Origin: Occultella glacieicola
GTDB lineage: Bacteria > Actinomycetota > Actinomycetes > Actinomycetales > Beutenbergiaceae
Length of the DNA stretch: 64,000 nucleotides
Reading direction: 5' to 3'
Assembly: GCF_004353825.1 (NCBI RefSeq)
Contig: NZ_SMNA01000004.1
Location: 310,001-374,000, forward strand
Of this stretch, positions 9,690 through 18,762 are shown in pieces; positions within the stretch are counted from its first letter, which is position 1; each line of letters starts with the position of its first letter. The notes under the pieces were generated by a model. It was given only the letters and a program-made list of their open reading frames with translations, had not been told where the DNA came from and did not search any database. A program made the translations under genes and the position numbers.

Positions 9690-10175
9690 TCAACCGGGCG
9701 AGCCGGCAGGCACAGCTGGGGCGTCCCGGCGATCGCCGAGGATGGCGCCGATGGTCGCCAGCATGCCGCCGGCCACGGCCACGAATCCCGCGGGTCCACG
9801 CTGGATCAGGACGTAGCCTCCGGTCGCGCGACCCTGCTCGTCGACGCCGTCCCAGATGACCTCCGCGGTGGGCACGAGGACCAGAGCCAGCACCAGGATG
9901 AGGAGGCCGAGGCCCGCGAGCACCACCGGCCACGTGCGGGTGCGGCGCCAGACCAGCGCAGCCACGCCGCCGAGCGCGAGGAGGCCGGTGATGTACAGGC
10001 TGATGGTCGCGACGGGGTCCTCGCTGAAGTCCGGGTCCCCAAGGGTGGCGTTGCTGACCGTCCAGGGCAGGATCGCCGCGACCAGTGCGATCGCGAGCCC
10101 GCCGACGGCGAATACCAGCGCGGTCGTCGGTGCGCGCGACGGACGTCCGACCTGGTGATCCGGGTACGCCCGCAT
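9690..10175 (-). CDS. hypothetical membrane protein (about 4 TM)
   Basis: Four hydrophobic segments; TAGACT 6 nt before the ATG suggests a leaderless start. Confidence 0.65.
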   Translation of the reverse strand: MRAYPDHQVGRPSRAPTTALVFAVGGLAIALVAAILPWTVSNATLGDPDFSEDPVATISLYITGLLALGGVAALVWRRTRTWPVVLAGLGLLILVLALVLVPTAEVIWDGVDEQGRATGGYVLIQRGPAGFVAVAGGMLATIGAILGDRRDAPAVPAGSPG

Positions 10176-10331
10176 GCCGGGAGTCTAGGCAGGCAGCTGG
10201 GATGCGGCCCGCTCCCCGCGTGGGTGCCGCTGCCCATTGACGATCGCACCTGCCTTGCTGAGATCGCACCCTCGCGATGTGCGAGGTCGACGGCGCAGGT
10301 ACTAGGTCGGCGGGGCGGCGGTCGGGTCTGC

Positions 10332-11711
10332 TCAGAGGATGGCGCCGGGGTTGAGCAGCCCCTTCGGGTCGAGCGCGTCCTTGATGGTCCGGTTCAGCCG
10401 GACCACGTCCTCGCCCACGTAGTCGCCGAGCCAGGCCTTCTTGGTCCGACCCACGCCGTGCTCGCCGGTGATGGTGCCGCCCAGCCGGATCGCCAGGTCC
10501 ATCACCTCGCCGTAGGCGACCTCGGCCCGGGCGGCCTGGTCGGGGTCGTCCGGGTCGAACACCACGAGCGGGTGGGTGTTCCCGTCCCCGGCGTGGGCGA
10601 TCACCGAGATGACCACGTCATGGCGGGTGGAGATGCCGGCGATCCCGGTGACCAGGGCGCCCAGCTCGGGCAACGGCACACCGACGTCGCCCAACAGCAG
10701 CCGGCCCTTGCTCTCGACGGCTGGGATCGCGCCGCGGCGGGCCGCGGTGTAGGTCTCACCCACCGCGGTGTCCGCGGTCACCAAAACCTCGTCCGCGCCG
10801 AGTTCCCGGCAGACGGCGGCGATCGCCTCGATCTCGCGGGTGGCCGTCTCGCCGGGTTGGTCCGACTGGGCGATCAGCATCGCCTGGGCGGTCCGGTCGA
10901 GGCCGTAGCCGTGCACGTCCTCGACGGCGTTGATCGCGACGTTGTCCATGAACTCGAGCATCGACGCGCGGGTGGTGCTGGCGATGGCGAGCACCGACCG
11001 GCAGGACGCGTCCAGGTCGGTGAACGTGGCGACCATCGTGGCCGACGGCGGCGGCTGCGGCACCAGGCGCAGCACGATCCGGGTGATGATCCCGAGCGTG
11101 CCCTCGCTCCCGACGAACAGTTTGGTCAGCGACAGCCCGGCGGCCTCCTTCAGGCGTGGGCCGCCGAGGTCGAGAGCGGTGCCGTCGGCGAGCACGACCG
11201 TCAGGCCGAGCACGTAGTCGGTCGTGACGCCGTACTTCACGCAGCACAGCCCGCCGGCGTTCGTGGCGACGTTACCGCCGATCGAGGAGAAGCCGATGCT
11301 CGCCGGGTCCGGCGGGTACCAGAGCCCGACGGCGGCCGCGGCCTCCTTGAGGTCGGCGTTGATCACGCCCGGCTCGACGAACGCCATCCGGGTCACCGGG
11401 TCGATCTCGACGTGCGTCATCTCCGCCATCGACACCACGAGCCCGCCCTCGACGGCGGACGCACCCCCGGACAGGCCCGAGCCCGCGCCGCGCGGCACGA
11501 TCGGGATCCCGTTGGCCCCGGCGTACCGGACGACCTGTTGCACCTGTTCGGTGGTGTGCGGCAGCACCACGGCCATCGGCAGCCCGGCGCCGGGGTCGAG
11601 CGCTCGGTCCCAGCGGTGCGCCTCGCGCTCGTCGAGGGCGTGCAGCACCTTCACGCCGGGCAGTGCCCGGATCAGGTCGTCCACGCCGGGGACTCCTGGA
11701 CTGTCAGTCAC
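10332..11711 (-). CDS. FAD-linked oxidase, GlcD/D-lactate dehydrogenase-like
   Basis: PRGAGSGLSGGA, YPPDPAS, GGNVATNAGG, GSEGTLG, HAGDGNTH, GEHGVG, LDPKGLLNPG. Confidence 0.92.
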   Translation of the reverse strand: MTDSPGVPGVDDLIRALPGVKVLHALDEREAHRWDRALDPGAGLPMAVVLPHTTEQVQQVVRYAGANGIPIVPRGAGSGLSGGASAVEGGLVVSMAEMTHVEIDPVTRMAFVEPGVINADLKEAAAAVGLWYPPDPASIGFSSIGGNVATNAGGLCCVKYGVTTDYVLGLTVVLADGTALDLGGPRLKEAAGLSLTKLFVGSEGTLGIITRIVLRLVPQPPPSATMVATFTDLDASCRSVLAIASTTRASMLEFMDNVAINAVEDVHGYGLDRTAQAMLIAQSDQPGETATREIEAIAAVCRELGADEVLVTADTAVGETYTAARRGAIPAVESKGRLLLGDVGVPLPELGALVTGIAGISTRHDVVISVIAHAGDGNTHPLVVFDPDDPDQAARAEVAYGEVMDLAIRLGGTITGEHGVGRTKKAWLGDYVGEDVVRLNRTIKDALDPKGLLNPGAIL

Positions 11712-12026
11712 TGAGGTCTCTCCACTCCATCGTTCCCGGAAGCCGCCCAGCGTGTGAGGTCGTGGTCACGTGTGGAGCGTCGTCCCCACGCTAGCCGACC
11801 TCGGTGCGGGCACTTGCTCAGCACCAGGGACTCGGCAGAACCGGCATCAGAGACTCGGCAGGACCAGCGATGCCGATCGTCGCACCCCGGCGCGAGCGGT
11901 CGTCCTGAGACAAGGGGTGCCGACTCCGGAAGGCACGCGATCCGCCGTCCTGCCTACGAGGCGGACTCGCCGGTGGCAACGCCGATCCCGGTTAGGCTGG
12001 AGGCCGATCACGCCAGGAGGAAATTC

Positions 12027-12482
12027 ATGAAGATCGCCATCGGGTCCGACAGTTCCGGAACCGCACTGAAGGATGAGGTCGTCGCACACCTGCAGGAGTC
12101 CGGCCACGAGGTGGTCGACGTCGGCTGGGACGGCTCGGGCGAGGCGGAGTACTCCGCCCACTACGCCAAGAAGGTCGCGCACCTGATCCGGGACTCCGAG
12201 GCCGACCGCGGCGTCCTGATCTGCGGCACCGGCATCGGGATCTCGATCTCGGCGAACAAGATCCGCGGGATCCGGGCGGCGGTGTGCTCCGAGCCGTTCA
12301 CGGCGAAGCACACCCGCGAGCACAACGGCTCGCAGATCATCGCGTTCGGCGCGTTCGTGGTGGCCCCGGAGATGGCGTTCGCCATCACCGACGCGTTCCT
12401 CGGCGCCGAGTTCAAGGGTGGGATCTACCAGGACCGCTTCAACATCATCGCGGGTATCGAGGACGAGGAAGCCCGGGTCTGA
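12027..12482 (+). CDS. rpiB: RpiB/LacA/LacB family sugar(-phosphate) isomerase, divergent active site
   Basis: MKIAIGSD, CGTGIGISISANKIRGIRAAVC, REHN; strong RBS AGGAGG. Confidence 0.85.
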   Translation: MKIAIGSDSSGTALKDEVVAHLQESGHEVVDVGWDGSGEAEYSAHYAKKVAHLIRDSEADRGVLICGTGIGISISANKIRGIRAAVCSEPFTAKHTREHNGSQIIAFGAFVVAPEMAFAITDAFLGAEFKGGIYQDRFNIIAGIEDEEARV

Positions 12483-12509
12483 CGCCCCCTCGGTGCCGTC
12501 AACAGCCGG

Positions 12510-12953
12510 TCAGGCGCCGTCCGGGGCGGCGCTCGTGAGCCTCGCCCGCAGCTGGTCGGCGCTGGGATTGCGCAGCACCTGGTCGCCGACCAGCACCGTC
12601 GGCGTCAGTTCGTCGCCGTTGTTGAGCCGGCGGACCTCGGCGTTCGCGTCCTTGTCCGCCCACACGTTCACCCAGGTGATCCGGTCGTCGCCGCGCAGGT
12701 CATGGAGCAGCCGCTCGCAGTAGACGCAGCCGGGCTTCCAGAGCACGACGGCCTTGCCGCTGCCGAGTGTGTGCGCGGCGGCGCGCCATGGGGTGTGCCG
12801 GCCGCGCCGGGCGAGCAGCGCGACCAGGAACAGGCCGGCCACCGCGACGGCTCCGACGACCCACGGGTTCGCGTCGCCCTGGACCAACAGGACCAGGGCG
12901 ACGACCACGGGCAGCAGCCCGAAGATGATCTGCTTGCGTCGTTCCGGGGCCAC
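12510..12953 (-). CDS. membrane-anchored glutaredoxin/mycoredoxin-like protein
   Basis: Two N-terminal TM helices, then WKPGCVYC (CxxC), VNVW, NNGDELTPTV, LRNPS; TAATCT 6 nt before the GTG. Confidence 0.8.
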   Translation of the reverse strand: MAPERRKQIIFGLLPVVVALVLLVQGDANPWVVGAVAVAGLFLVALLARRGRHTPWRAAAHTLGSGKAVVLWKPGCVYCERLLHDLRGDDRITWVNVWADKDANAEVRRLNNGDELTPTVLVGDQVLRNPSADQLRARLTSAAPDGA

Positions 12954-13027
12954 GGAACGAGATTAACCCGCCCACCCGCCGTCGGGTGCTACGGACCGAG
13001 CCGGGCGACCCGCGACACAATGGGTCC

Positions 13028-14041
13028 ATGACCGACGCCGATGCCACAGGCCCCGCGACAGTCCGGTCCGTGGCCAGGGCCGCGGGCGTCTCGGTCGCCA
13101 CTGTCAGCCGGGTGATGGCGGGCACCGGCGTGGTCAGCCCGGAGCGGACCGAGCGGGTCCTCGCGGCCGCCCGGCGGCTCGGCTACACGCCGTCCCCGAT
13201 CGCCCGGAGCCTGGCCACCGGGACCTCGCGCCGCGTGGCCGTCGTGGTGCCGAACCTGTCCAACCCGTACTTCTACGACATCATCCGTGGGATCGGCCGG
13301 GCCAGCGCCGCCGACGGGTACACCATGACCGTCGCGGACTCCATGGAGGACGCCACCGCGGAGGCGGCGCTCGCCACCGACATGCTCGCCCAGGCCGACG
13401 CGCTCGTGCTCGTCGCCCCACGCGCGGACCGGGCCGTGCTCCGGGAGCTGCAGCGGTCCCGCCGGCCGGTGCTGATGCTGCTCGGCCCCAGGGCGGAGGC
13501 CGGGCTCCCGGACCTCGGTGTCGACAACCTCGGCGGGATGACCATGCTCTACCGGCACCTCGCCGAGATCGGCCACCGCCGCGTGGTCTACCTGTCCGGC
13601 CCGCCGGGGGCGTGGCAGAACCGGCGCCGGCTCGAGGCCGCCCGCCGCGCCGAGCGGTTCGGGGTGGAGGTCACCGTCCTGGAGGCGGGTGGCACCATCG
13701 CCGCCGGGCACGACGCGGCCGATGCCGCCCTGACCCACGGCCCGACGGCGATCGCATGCTTCAACGATCTCGTCGCCTTCGGGGTCCTGAACCGGCTCAC
13801 CGAGCGCGGGATCGGCGTGCCGACGGATGTCTCGCTCACCGGTTTCGACGACATCGACTTCAGCGCCTACTCCTCACCGGCGCTCACCACGGTCCGCACG
13901 CCCCGGGAACGGTTGGGCAGCGAGGGCTGGCACACGCTGCGCAGGATGATCGACGGCGAGGCGGTCGACCCGGCACCGGAGGAACTGGCGGCCGAGCTCG
14001 TCGTCCGGGACTCGACCGGCTCGGTTCAGGCCAGCGCGTAG
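13028..14041 (+). CDS. LacI family transcriptional regulator
   Basis: TVRSVARAAGVSVATVSRV HTH, LGYTPSPIARSL hinge, FND, DVSLTGFDD, PALTTV, LVVRDST. Confidence 0.95.
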   Translation: MTDADATGPATVRSVARAAGVSVATVSRVMAGTGVVSPERTERVLAAARRLGYTPSPIARSLATGTSRRVAVVVPNLSNPYFYDIIRGIGRASAADGYTMTVADSMEDATAEAALATDMLAQADALVLVAPRADRAVLRELQRSRRPVLMLLGPRAEAGLPDLGVDNLGGMTMLYRHLAEIGHRRVVYLSGPPGAWQNRRRLEAARRAERFGVEVTVLEAGGTIAAGHDAADAALTHGPTAIACFNDLVAFGVLNRLTERGIGVPTDVSLTGFDDIDFSAYSSPALTTVRTPRERLGSEGWHTLRRMIDGEAVDPAPEELAAELVVRDSTGSVQASA

Positions 14042-14760
14042 CCGCCGTCGACGGGAAGCGTGTGCCCGGTGACGAACCCGGCCGCCGGCGAGAGCAGGAA
14101 CAGCGCCGGGCCGGTGACGTCCGCCGGTGCACCGAGGCGCTTCATCGGGGTGCGGCCGACGATGCGCTCGTGGTTCGCGGGCACCGCGAGCATCTGCGCG
14201 GTCATCTCGGTGCGGATGTAGCCGGGCGCGATCGCGTTGAGCCGGATGCCCTCCTCGCCCAGTTCCACCGCGAGCCCGGCGATCAGCTGGGACAGGCCGG
14301 CCTTGACCGAACCGTAGGGCACGATCCCGGCCAGCACCCGGTCCGCGGACATCGAGGACATGGCCAGCACCGAGCCCGGGCGGGTGCCGTCGCCGGTGCG
14401 GAGCGCCCCATGCAGGCCGCGCACCGTGCGGTAGAACGAGGAGAGGTTCACGTCGAGCAGCCGGGCCCAGTCCTCCTCTGCGATCTCGATGCCCGGGGTC
14501 CGCACCTGGATCCCGGCGGCCGTCACCAGGTGGGACAGTCCGTGCCCGTTCAGCCAGGCCGCGACCCGGTCGGGGAAGTCGGCGGCCGCGACGTCCGCGA
14601 CGAGGCCCTCCGCGCCGGCCACCTCGGCGATCTCGGTCACCGCGGGCGAGCGGTCCACGAACAGCACCCGGGCGCCCTCCCGGTGCAGCGCGAGCGCGAT
14701 GTCCTTGCCGATGCCGCTCGCGGCCCCGGTGACCACGGCCCGCTGGTCGGTGAAGTTCAT
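14026..14760 (-). CDS. SDR family oxidoreductase
   Basis: TGAASGIG, YGSVK (YxxxK), NAIAPG, VDGG. Confidence 0.93.
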   Translation of the reverse strand: MNFTDQRAVVTGAASGIGKDIALALHREGARVLFVDRSPAVTEIAEVAGAEGLVADVAAADFPDRVAAWLNGHGLSHLVTAAGIQVRTPGIEIAEEDWARLLDVNLSSFYRTVRGLHGALRTGDGTRPGSVLAMSSMSADRVLAGIVPYGSVKAGLSQLIAGLAVELGEEGIRLNAIAPGYIRTEMTAQMLAVPANHERIVGRTPMKRLGAPADVTGPALFLLSPAAGFVTGHTLPVDGGYALA

Positions 14761-15539
14761 TCGGCTGCCACGCGGGCCGCGGAGCGCGCCGCCTTCGCCG
14801 CGTAGAAGGCGTCCATCCGCTCGGCGAACTCGCCGCCCTGGAGCGTCTCCTCGGCCAGCTCGACCAGGGCCGCCTCGCTGGCGGCCAGCCCGTCGGCGAG
14901 CAGCTCGCGGTTGAGCCAGCGCTTGGACCGGGCCAGCGCGTCCGGCGCGGCCGCACGGACGCCGTCGAGCACCTGCGCCAGGGTGGCGTCGAGTTCGTCC
15001 TGCCCGACGGCGTAGGTCGCCAGACCGAGGTCCCTCGCCTCGGCGTGGCCGAGGGTGTCGCCGGCGAGCGCCATCCGGGCGCCGAGGCGGCGACTCGAGG
15101 TGGCCGGCATGGCGCCGAGATAGACGGTGGCCCAGACGCCGATCCTCGCCTCCGGCAGCGCGAAGGTGGCGTGCTCACCGGCGATCACGACATCGCTCCA
15201 GGTGACCAGTTCGACGCCGCCGCCCAGGGCGGCGCCCTCCACCACCGCGATCACGGGCAGCGGTGAGGCGGCGATCGCGTGGAACGTGGGCAGCATCCCG
15301 GTGACGAAATAGTCCTTGGCTCCGGTGACGCCGTCGAGGGAACTCATCGCGTCGATGTCGTTGCCGGCGCAGAAGGACCGCTCGTCGCCGCGCAGGACGA
15401 TCGCGCGCTGGGTCGGGTCCTGCGATGCCGCGGTCACGGCCGCGCCGAGCGACTGCCACGCGGCGAGGTCCATCGAGTTGCGCTTGTGCGGGCGGTCGAA
15501 CGTGATGACGGTGTGGTCGGCGTGGGCGGTGGCGGGCAC
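14757..15539 (-). CDS. enoyl-CoA hydratase/isomerase family protein
   Basis: GTG at 15539 behind GAGGAG; FDRPHKRN, FCAGND, GAALGGGVEL, LPEARIG (both Glu residues present). Confidence 0.9.
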   Translation of the reverse strand: MPATAHADHTVITFDRPHKRNSMDLAAWQSLGAAVTAASQDPTQRAIVLRGDERSFCAGNDIDAMSSLDGVTGAKDYFVTGMLPTFHAIAASPLPVIAVVEGAALGGGVELVTWSDVVIAGEHATFALPEARIGVWATVYLGAMPATSSRRLGARMALAGDTLGHAEARDLGLATYAVGQDELDATLAQVLDGVRAAAPDALARSKRWLNRELLADGLAASEAALVELAEETLQGGEFAERMDAFYAAKAARSAARVAAE

Positions 15540-15577
15540 GGTGCTCCTCGGGGACGGGTCGGGCTGGCGACGCTGGG

Positions 15578-17119
15578 TCAGGCGGGCAGGGCCACCGCGA
15601 CCGGCGCGAACACCTCGGCGGGCATCGGCCTGATCTCGCCGATGACGGGCCGGAAGTCGAGGTGCGCGAGGATGTCGCGCTCGACGTCGATGCCGGGCGC
15701 CACCTCCGTCAGGGCGAGCCCACCCGGCGTGAGTTCGAAGACGCACCGCTCGGTGACATAGAGCGCGCGGCGGCCCTCGTCGGCCGCGAACGGCCCGGCG
15801 TAGGTGACCTGCTCGACCTCGGGGACGAACTTGGCGACCTCGCCCTCGGAGTCGATGACGAGTCGGCCGTCCTCGAGGTGGACGCGCAGGCCCTTGGCGC
15901 GGAAGGCCCCGCAGAACACGGCCGTGCGGGCGTTCTGGCTGATGTCGACGAACCCGCCCGGGCCCATCACCTTGCCGCCGAACGCGGACACGTTGACGTT
16001 GCCGCGGGCGTCCACCTGGGCCATGCCCAGGCAGGTGACGTCGATGATGCCGCCGGCGAAGATGTCGAACTGGGTCGCCGAACTCACTCGCGCCGAGGGG
16101 CCGCGGGACATGCCGAAGAGGTCGCCGAGCTCGGGCTCGCCGTCGTAGAGTCCCTGCTCGACGGCGAGCTGGACCGTGCCCAGGCGGCCCTGCTCGCGCA
16201 GCACCTTGGCCACGTCGGCGCTCATCCCGAAGCCGAGGTTGAGGACGTCGCCCGCGGCCACCTCCAGGGCGGCCCGGCGGGCGACCACGGCGCGGATCGG
16301 GTCCGTGATCGGCTCGGCGGCGACCCGGTCGGCGGGCACCGGGCTGAACAGCTCGGGGTCCTCCTCGGTGAGATAGGTCTGGGTCTGCGTCGGCTCGACG
16401 ACCACGTAGTCCACCAGCGCCGCCGGCAGCAGCACCCGGCGCGGGTCGAGGCGGCCGGCGATGCGCCGCTTCACCTGCACGATCACGGTCCCCCCGCACC
16501 CCCGTGCCGCCTGGGCCGCCTCGAGGGCGTCGAGGATCGCGGGCTCGGCGTCCGCACCGATGTTGCCCAGCTCGTCCACCTCGGTGCCTCGCACCAGGGC
16601 GACGTCCACGTGCAGCGGCTTGTACCGCAGGTACTCCCGGCCGTCGAGCTCGAGGACCTCCACGAGCTCCTCGCGGGCGCTGGCGTTCGCCCGGCCGCCC
16701 TGGTGGCGGGGGTCGGCGAACGTGTGCAGCCCGGTCCGGGTCAGGTAGCCGGGCCGCCGGGCACCGGACTCGCGGAACAGATGCGTGATGACACCCGCCG
16801 GCAGCACGTAGGCCTCGATCTTGTTCTCGGCCGCGAGTCCCATCATCGCCGGGGACCAGGTCCAGTGGCCGCCGATCACCCGGGTGGTCATGCCCTCGTG
16901 GGCGAACCCGTTGATCCCGCGGGTGCCACGGTCGCCGACGCCGAGGGCGTGCACCAGGCGCAGGCCGTGCGGGGTTCCCTCGGCCAGGAAACGGCGCTCC
17001 ACGGCGGCGATGAGCGCGTTCGGCTCGAGCTGACCGCCACCGTTCGCGGCGAGCGCGACGGTGTGGCCGTCCCGGACGTGCCGGGCGGCCTCGTCGGCGG
17101 TGACGAACTGGACTGGCAT
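15578..17119 (-). CDS. acyl-CoA:acetate/3-ketoacid CoA-transferase (fused YdiF/Pct type)
   Basis: GLHTFADPR, NLGFGM, catalytic ExG (AVEQG), GNVNVS, GPGGFVDISQ, YVTERCVF, EVAPGID. Confidence 0.9.
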   Translation of the reverse strand: MPVQFVTADEAARHVRDGHTVALAANGGGQLEPNALIAAVERRFLAEGTPHGLRLVHALGVGDRGTRGINGFAHEGMTTRVIGGHWTWSPAMMGLAAENKIEAYVLPAGVITHLFRESGARRPGYLTRTGLHTFADPRHQGGRANASAREELVEVLELDGREYLRYKPLHVDVALVRGTEVDELGNIGADAEPAILDALEAAQAARGCGGTVIVQVKRRIAGRLDPRRVLLPAALVDYVVVEPTQTQTYLTEEDPELFSPVPADRVAAEPITDPIRAVVARRAALEVAAGDVLNLGFGMSADVAKVLREQGRLGTVQLAVEQGLYDGEPELGDLFGMSRGPSARVSSATQFDIFAGGIIDVTCLGMAQVDARGNVNVSAFGGKVMGPGGFVDISQNARTAVFCGAFRAKGLRVHLEDGRLVIDSEGEVAKFVPEVEQVTYAGPFAADEGRRALYVTERCVFELTPGGLALTEVAPGIDVERDILAHLDFRPVIGEIRPMPAEVFAPVAVALPA

Positions 17120-17144
17120 CGGGCGTGCCTCTCTCGCGTGACTA

Positions 17145-17172
17145 CACCATTTGTAACCGGTTACAAATGGTG
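17145..17172. promoter_or_regulatory. perfect 28-bp palindrome, probable LacI-family operator in the CoA-transferase promoter
   Basis: CACCATTTGTAACC|GGTTACAAATGGTG. A minus-strand TTGACA (-35) lies at 17179-17174, directly adjacent. The core TGTAACCGGTTACA resembles LacI-family sites. Confidence 0.8.
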
Positions 17173-17193
17173 GTGTCAAGTAGGCCAGGCGCC

Positions 17194-17293
17194 GAGAGTG
17201 CTGTGGTGGCCACCCATTCCGCACTCTCGCGCGCGGGGACGGTCGCGTGAGAGTGCCGTGGTGGCCGCCATTTCAGCACTCTCGCGCGCGGGG
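17194..17293. repeat. two copies of a ~45-bp palindromic (REP-like) unit
   Basis: GAGAGTGC-N19-GCACTCTCGCGCGCGGGG at 17194-17238 and 17249-17293; period 55 bp; loops similar (TGTGGTGGCCACCCATTCC / CGTGGTGGCCGCCATTTCA). Confidence 0.8.
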
Positions 17294-17320
17294 GGCAGCC
17301 GGGGCGGCGCCGTGCGCGCC

Positions 17321-18748
17321 TCAGACCGGCGACCCGATGTACTTCTCCTCGAGGAACTCCTCGATGCCCTCGGCGCTGCCCTCGCGCCCGAGTCCCGACT
17401 GCTTCATGCCACCGAAGGGTGCGGCGGGATCGCTGAGGACGGCGCGGTTCACGCCGACCATGCCGGCGTCGATGGCGAGCGCGACCGTCATGGCCTCACC
17501 CGGTGGACCGTAGACGTAGGCGATGAGCCCGTAGATGGTGTCGTTGGCCATCCGGATCGCGTCCGCCACGTCGTCGAACGCGATCAGCGCGACCACCGGG
17601 CCGAAGATCTCGGTGCGGGTGATCTCGCTGCCGTGGGTGACGTCGGCGAGGACCGTGGGTGGATAGAACGCGCCCCCATCGCTTGCCCCGCCGCCGAGCA
17701 CGACCCGCGCTCCGCCGTCGACCGCGGTATCGACGAGCGCGGCGACCTTGTCCCGCTCGGCCACCGAGACCAGAGCACCGAGGTCGTTCTCCGGGTCGTG
17801 GCCCGGCCCGGTCCGGACGTCGGCCATGGCGGCCGTGAGCTCGCTCGAGAACTCCTCGAGCACGCTGGTGTGGACGTAGAACCGGTTCGCCGCCGTGCAC
17901 GCGGAGCCGCCGTTGCGCATCTTCGCGACCATCGCCCCGGCCACGGAGTCCTTGACGTCGGCTCCCTCGAGCACGACGAACGGCGCGTTCCCGCCGAGTT
18001 CCATGGAGGAGCTGATCACGTTGTCGGCCGCCTCGTGCAGAAGCAACCGGCCCACCTCGGTCGAGCCGGTGAAGGACAGTTTGCGCACGGCCGGATGGTG
18101 CAGCATCGCCCGCACGGCCGGCGCCGTGGGGGCGGGGGTCACGAGGTTGACCACGCCCGACGGCACGCCGGCGCGCTCGAGGACGCCGATCACGTAGGCC
18201 GCCGTCAGCGGCGTCTCGGACGCGGGCTTCAGCACCACGGTGCAGCCGGCGGCCAGCGCCGGTGCGATCTTGCGGGTGGCCATCGCGGCCGGGAAGTTCC
18301 ACGGCGTGATCAGCACGCTCACGCCGATCGGCTGGCGGGTGACGGTGATGCGCTTGTCCCCGGCCGGTGACAGCCGGAAGTCACCACCGATGCGGACCGC
18401 CTCCTCGGCGAACCAGCGGAAGAACTCGCGGGCGTAGCGCGCCTCTGCCAGCGCATCGGCGTGGGCCTTGCCGTTCTCGCTGACGATGAGGTCGGTCATC
18501 GTCTGCTCCTCCGCCGCCAGGATCTCGTAGCAGCGTCGCAGCAGTTCCGACCGCTCGCGTGGCGGAGTGGCCGACCATGGCGGCAGAGCGCGCTCCGCCG
18601 CGGTGACGGCGTCGAGGCAGTCGCCGGAGGTGGCAACGGCGAACGTGGTCAGTTCGGAGCCGTCGGACGGGTCGATGACGGGGAAGCGGTGGTCCTGCGC
18701 CCCGGGCCGCCAGGTGCCGTCGATGAAGAGATCGTTCAGGTAGGTCAT
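17321..18748 (-). CDS. NAD(P)-dependent aldehyde dehydrogenase, succinate-semialdehyde dehydrogenase (GabD)-like
   Basis: ITPWNFP, KPASETP, SFTGSTEVG, MELGGNAP, catalytic Cys (GSACTAAN), EIFGP, PFGGMKQSGLGREG. Confidence 0.93.
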   Translation of the reverse strand: MTYLNDLFIDGTWRPGAQDHRFPVIDPSDGSELTTFAVATSGDCLDAVTAAERALPPWSATPPRERSELLRRCYEILAAEEQTMTDLIVSENGKAHADALAEARYAREFFRWFAEEAVRIGGDFRLSPAGDKRITVTRQPIGVSVLITPWNFPAAMATRKIAPALAAGCTVVLKPASETPLTAAYVIGVLERAGVPSGVVNLVTPAPTAPAVRAMLHHPAVRKLSFTGSTEVGRLLLHEAADNVISSSMELGGNAPFVVLEGADVKDSVAGAMVAKMRNGGSACTAANRFYVHTSVLEEFSSELTAAMADVRTGPGHDPENDLGALVSVAERDKVAALVDTAVDGGARVVLGGGASDGGAFYPPTVLADVTHGSEITRTEIFGPVVALIAFDDVADAIRMANDTIYGLIAYVYGPPGEAMTVALAIDAGMVGVNRAVLSDPAAPFGGMKQSGLGREGSAEGIEEFLEEKYIGSPV

Positions 18749-18762
18749 GGGGGTGCTCCCGC

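Noticed and set aside
11900..11935. SAM-I-like (GGTGCCGACTCC) or TPP-like (CTGAGA) fragments in the rpiB leader
   Set aside because: The other conserved aptamer elements are missing and the downstream gene does not fit either ligand.
17194..17293. Possible mini-CRISPR
   Set aside because: Only two units, homologous internal sequences, a 10-bp gap and no cas genes; kept as a REP-like repeat.
15662..18370. Very long alternative-frame ORFs (902 aa here; also 9324-11714, 4126-6183, 46009-48132, 53073-55121, 32036-33787)
   Set aside because: They are antisense shadows of clear genes, Arg/Gly/Pro-rich with no motifs; stop codons are scarce at high GC.
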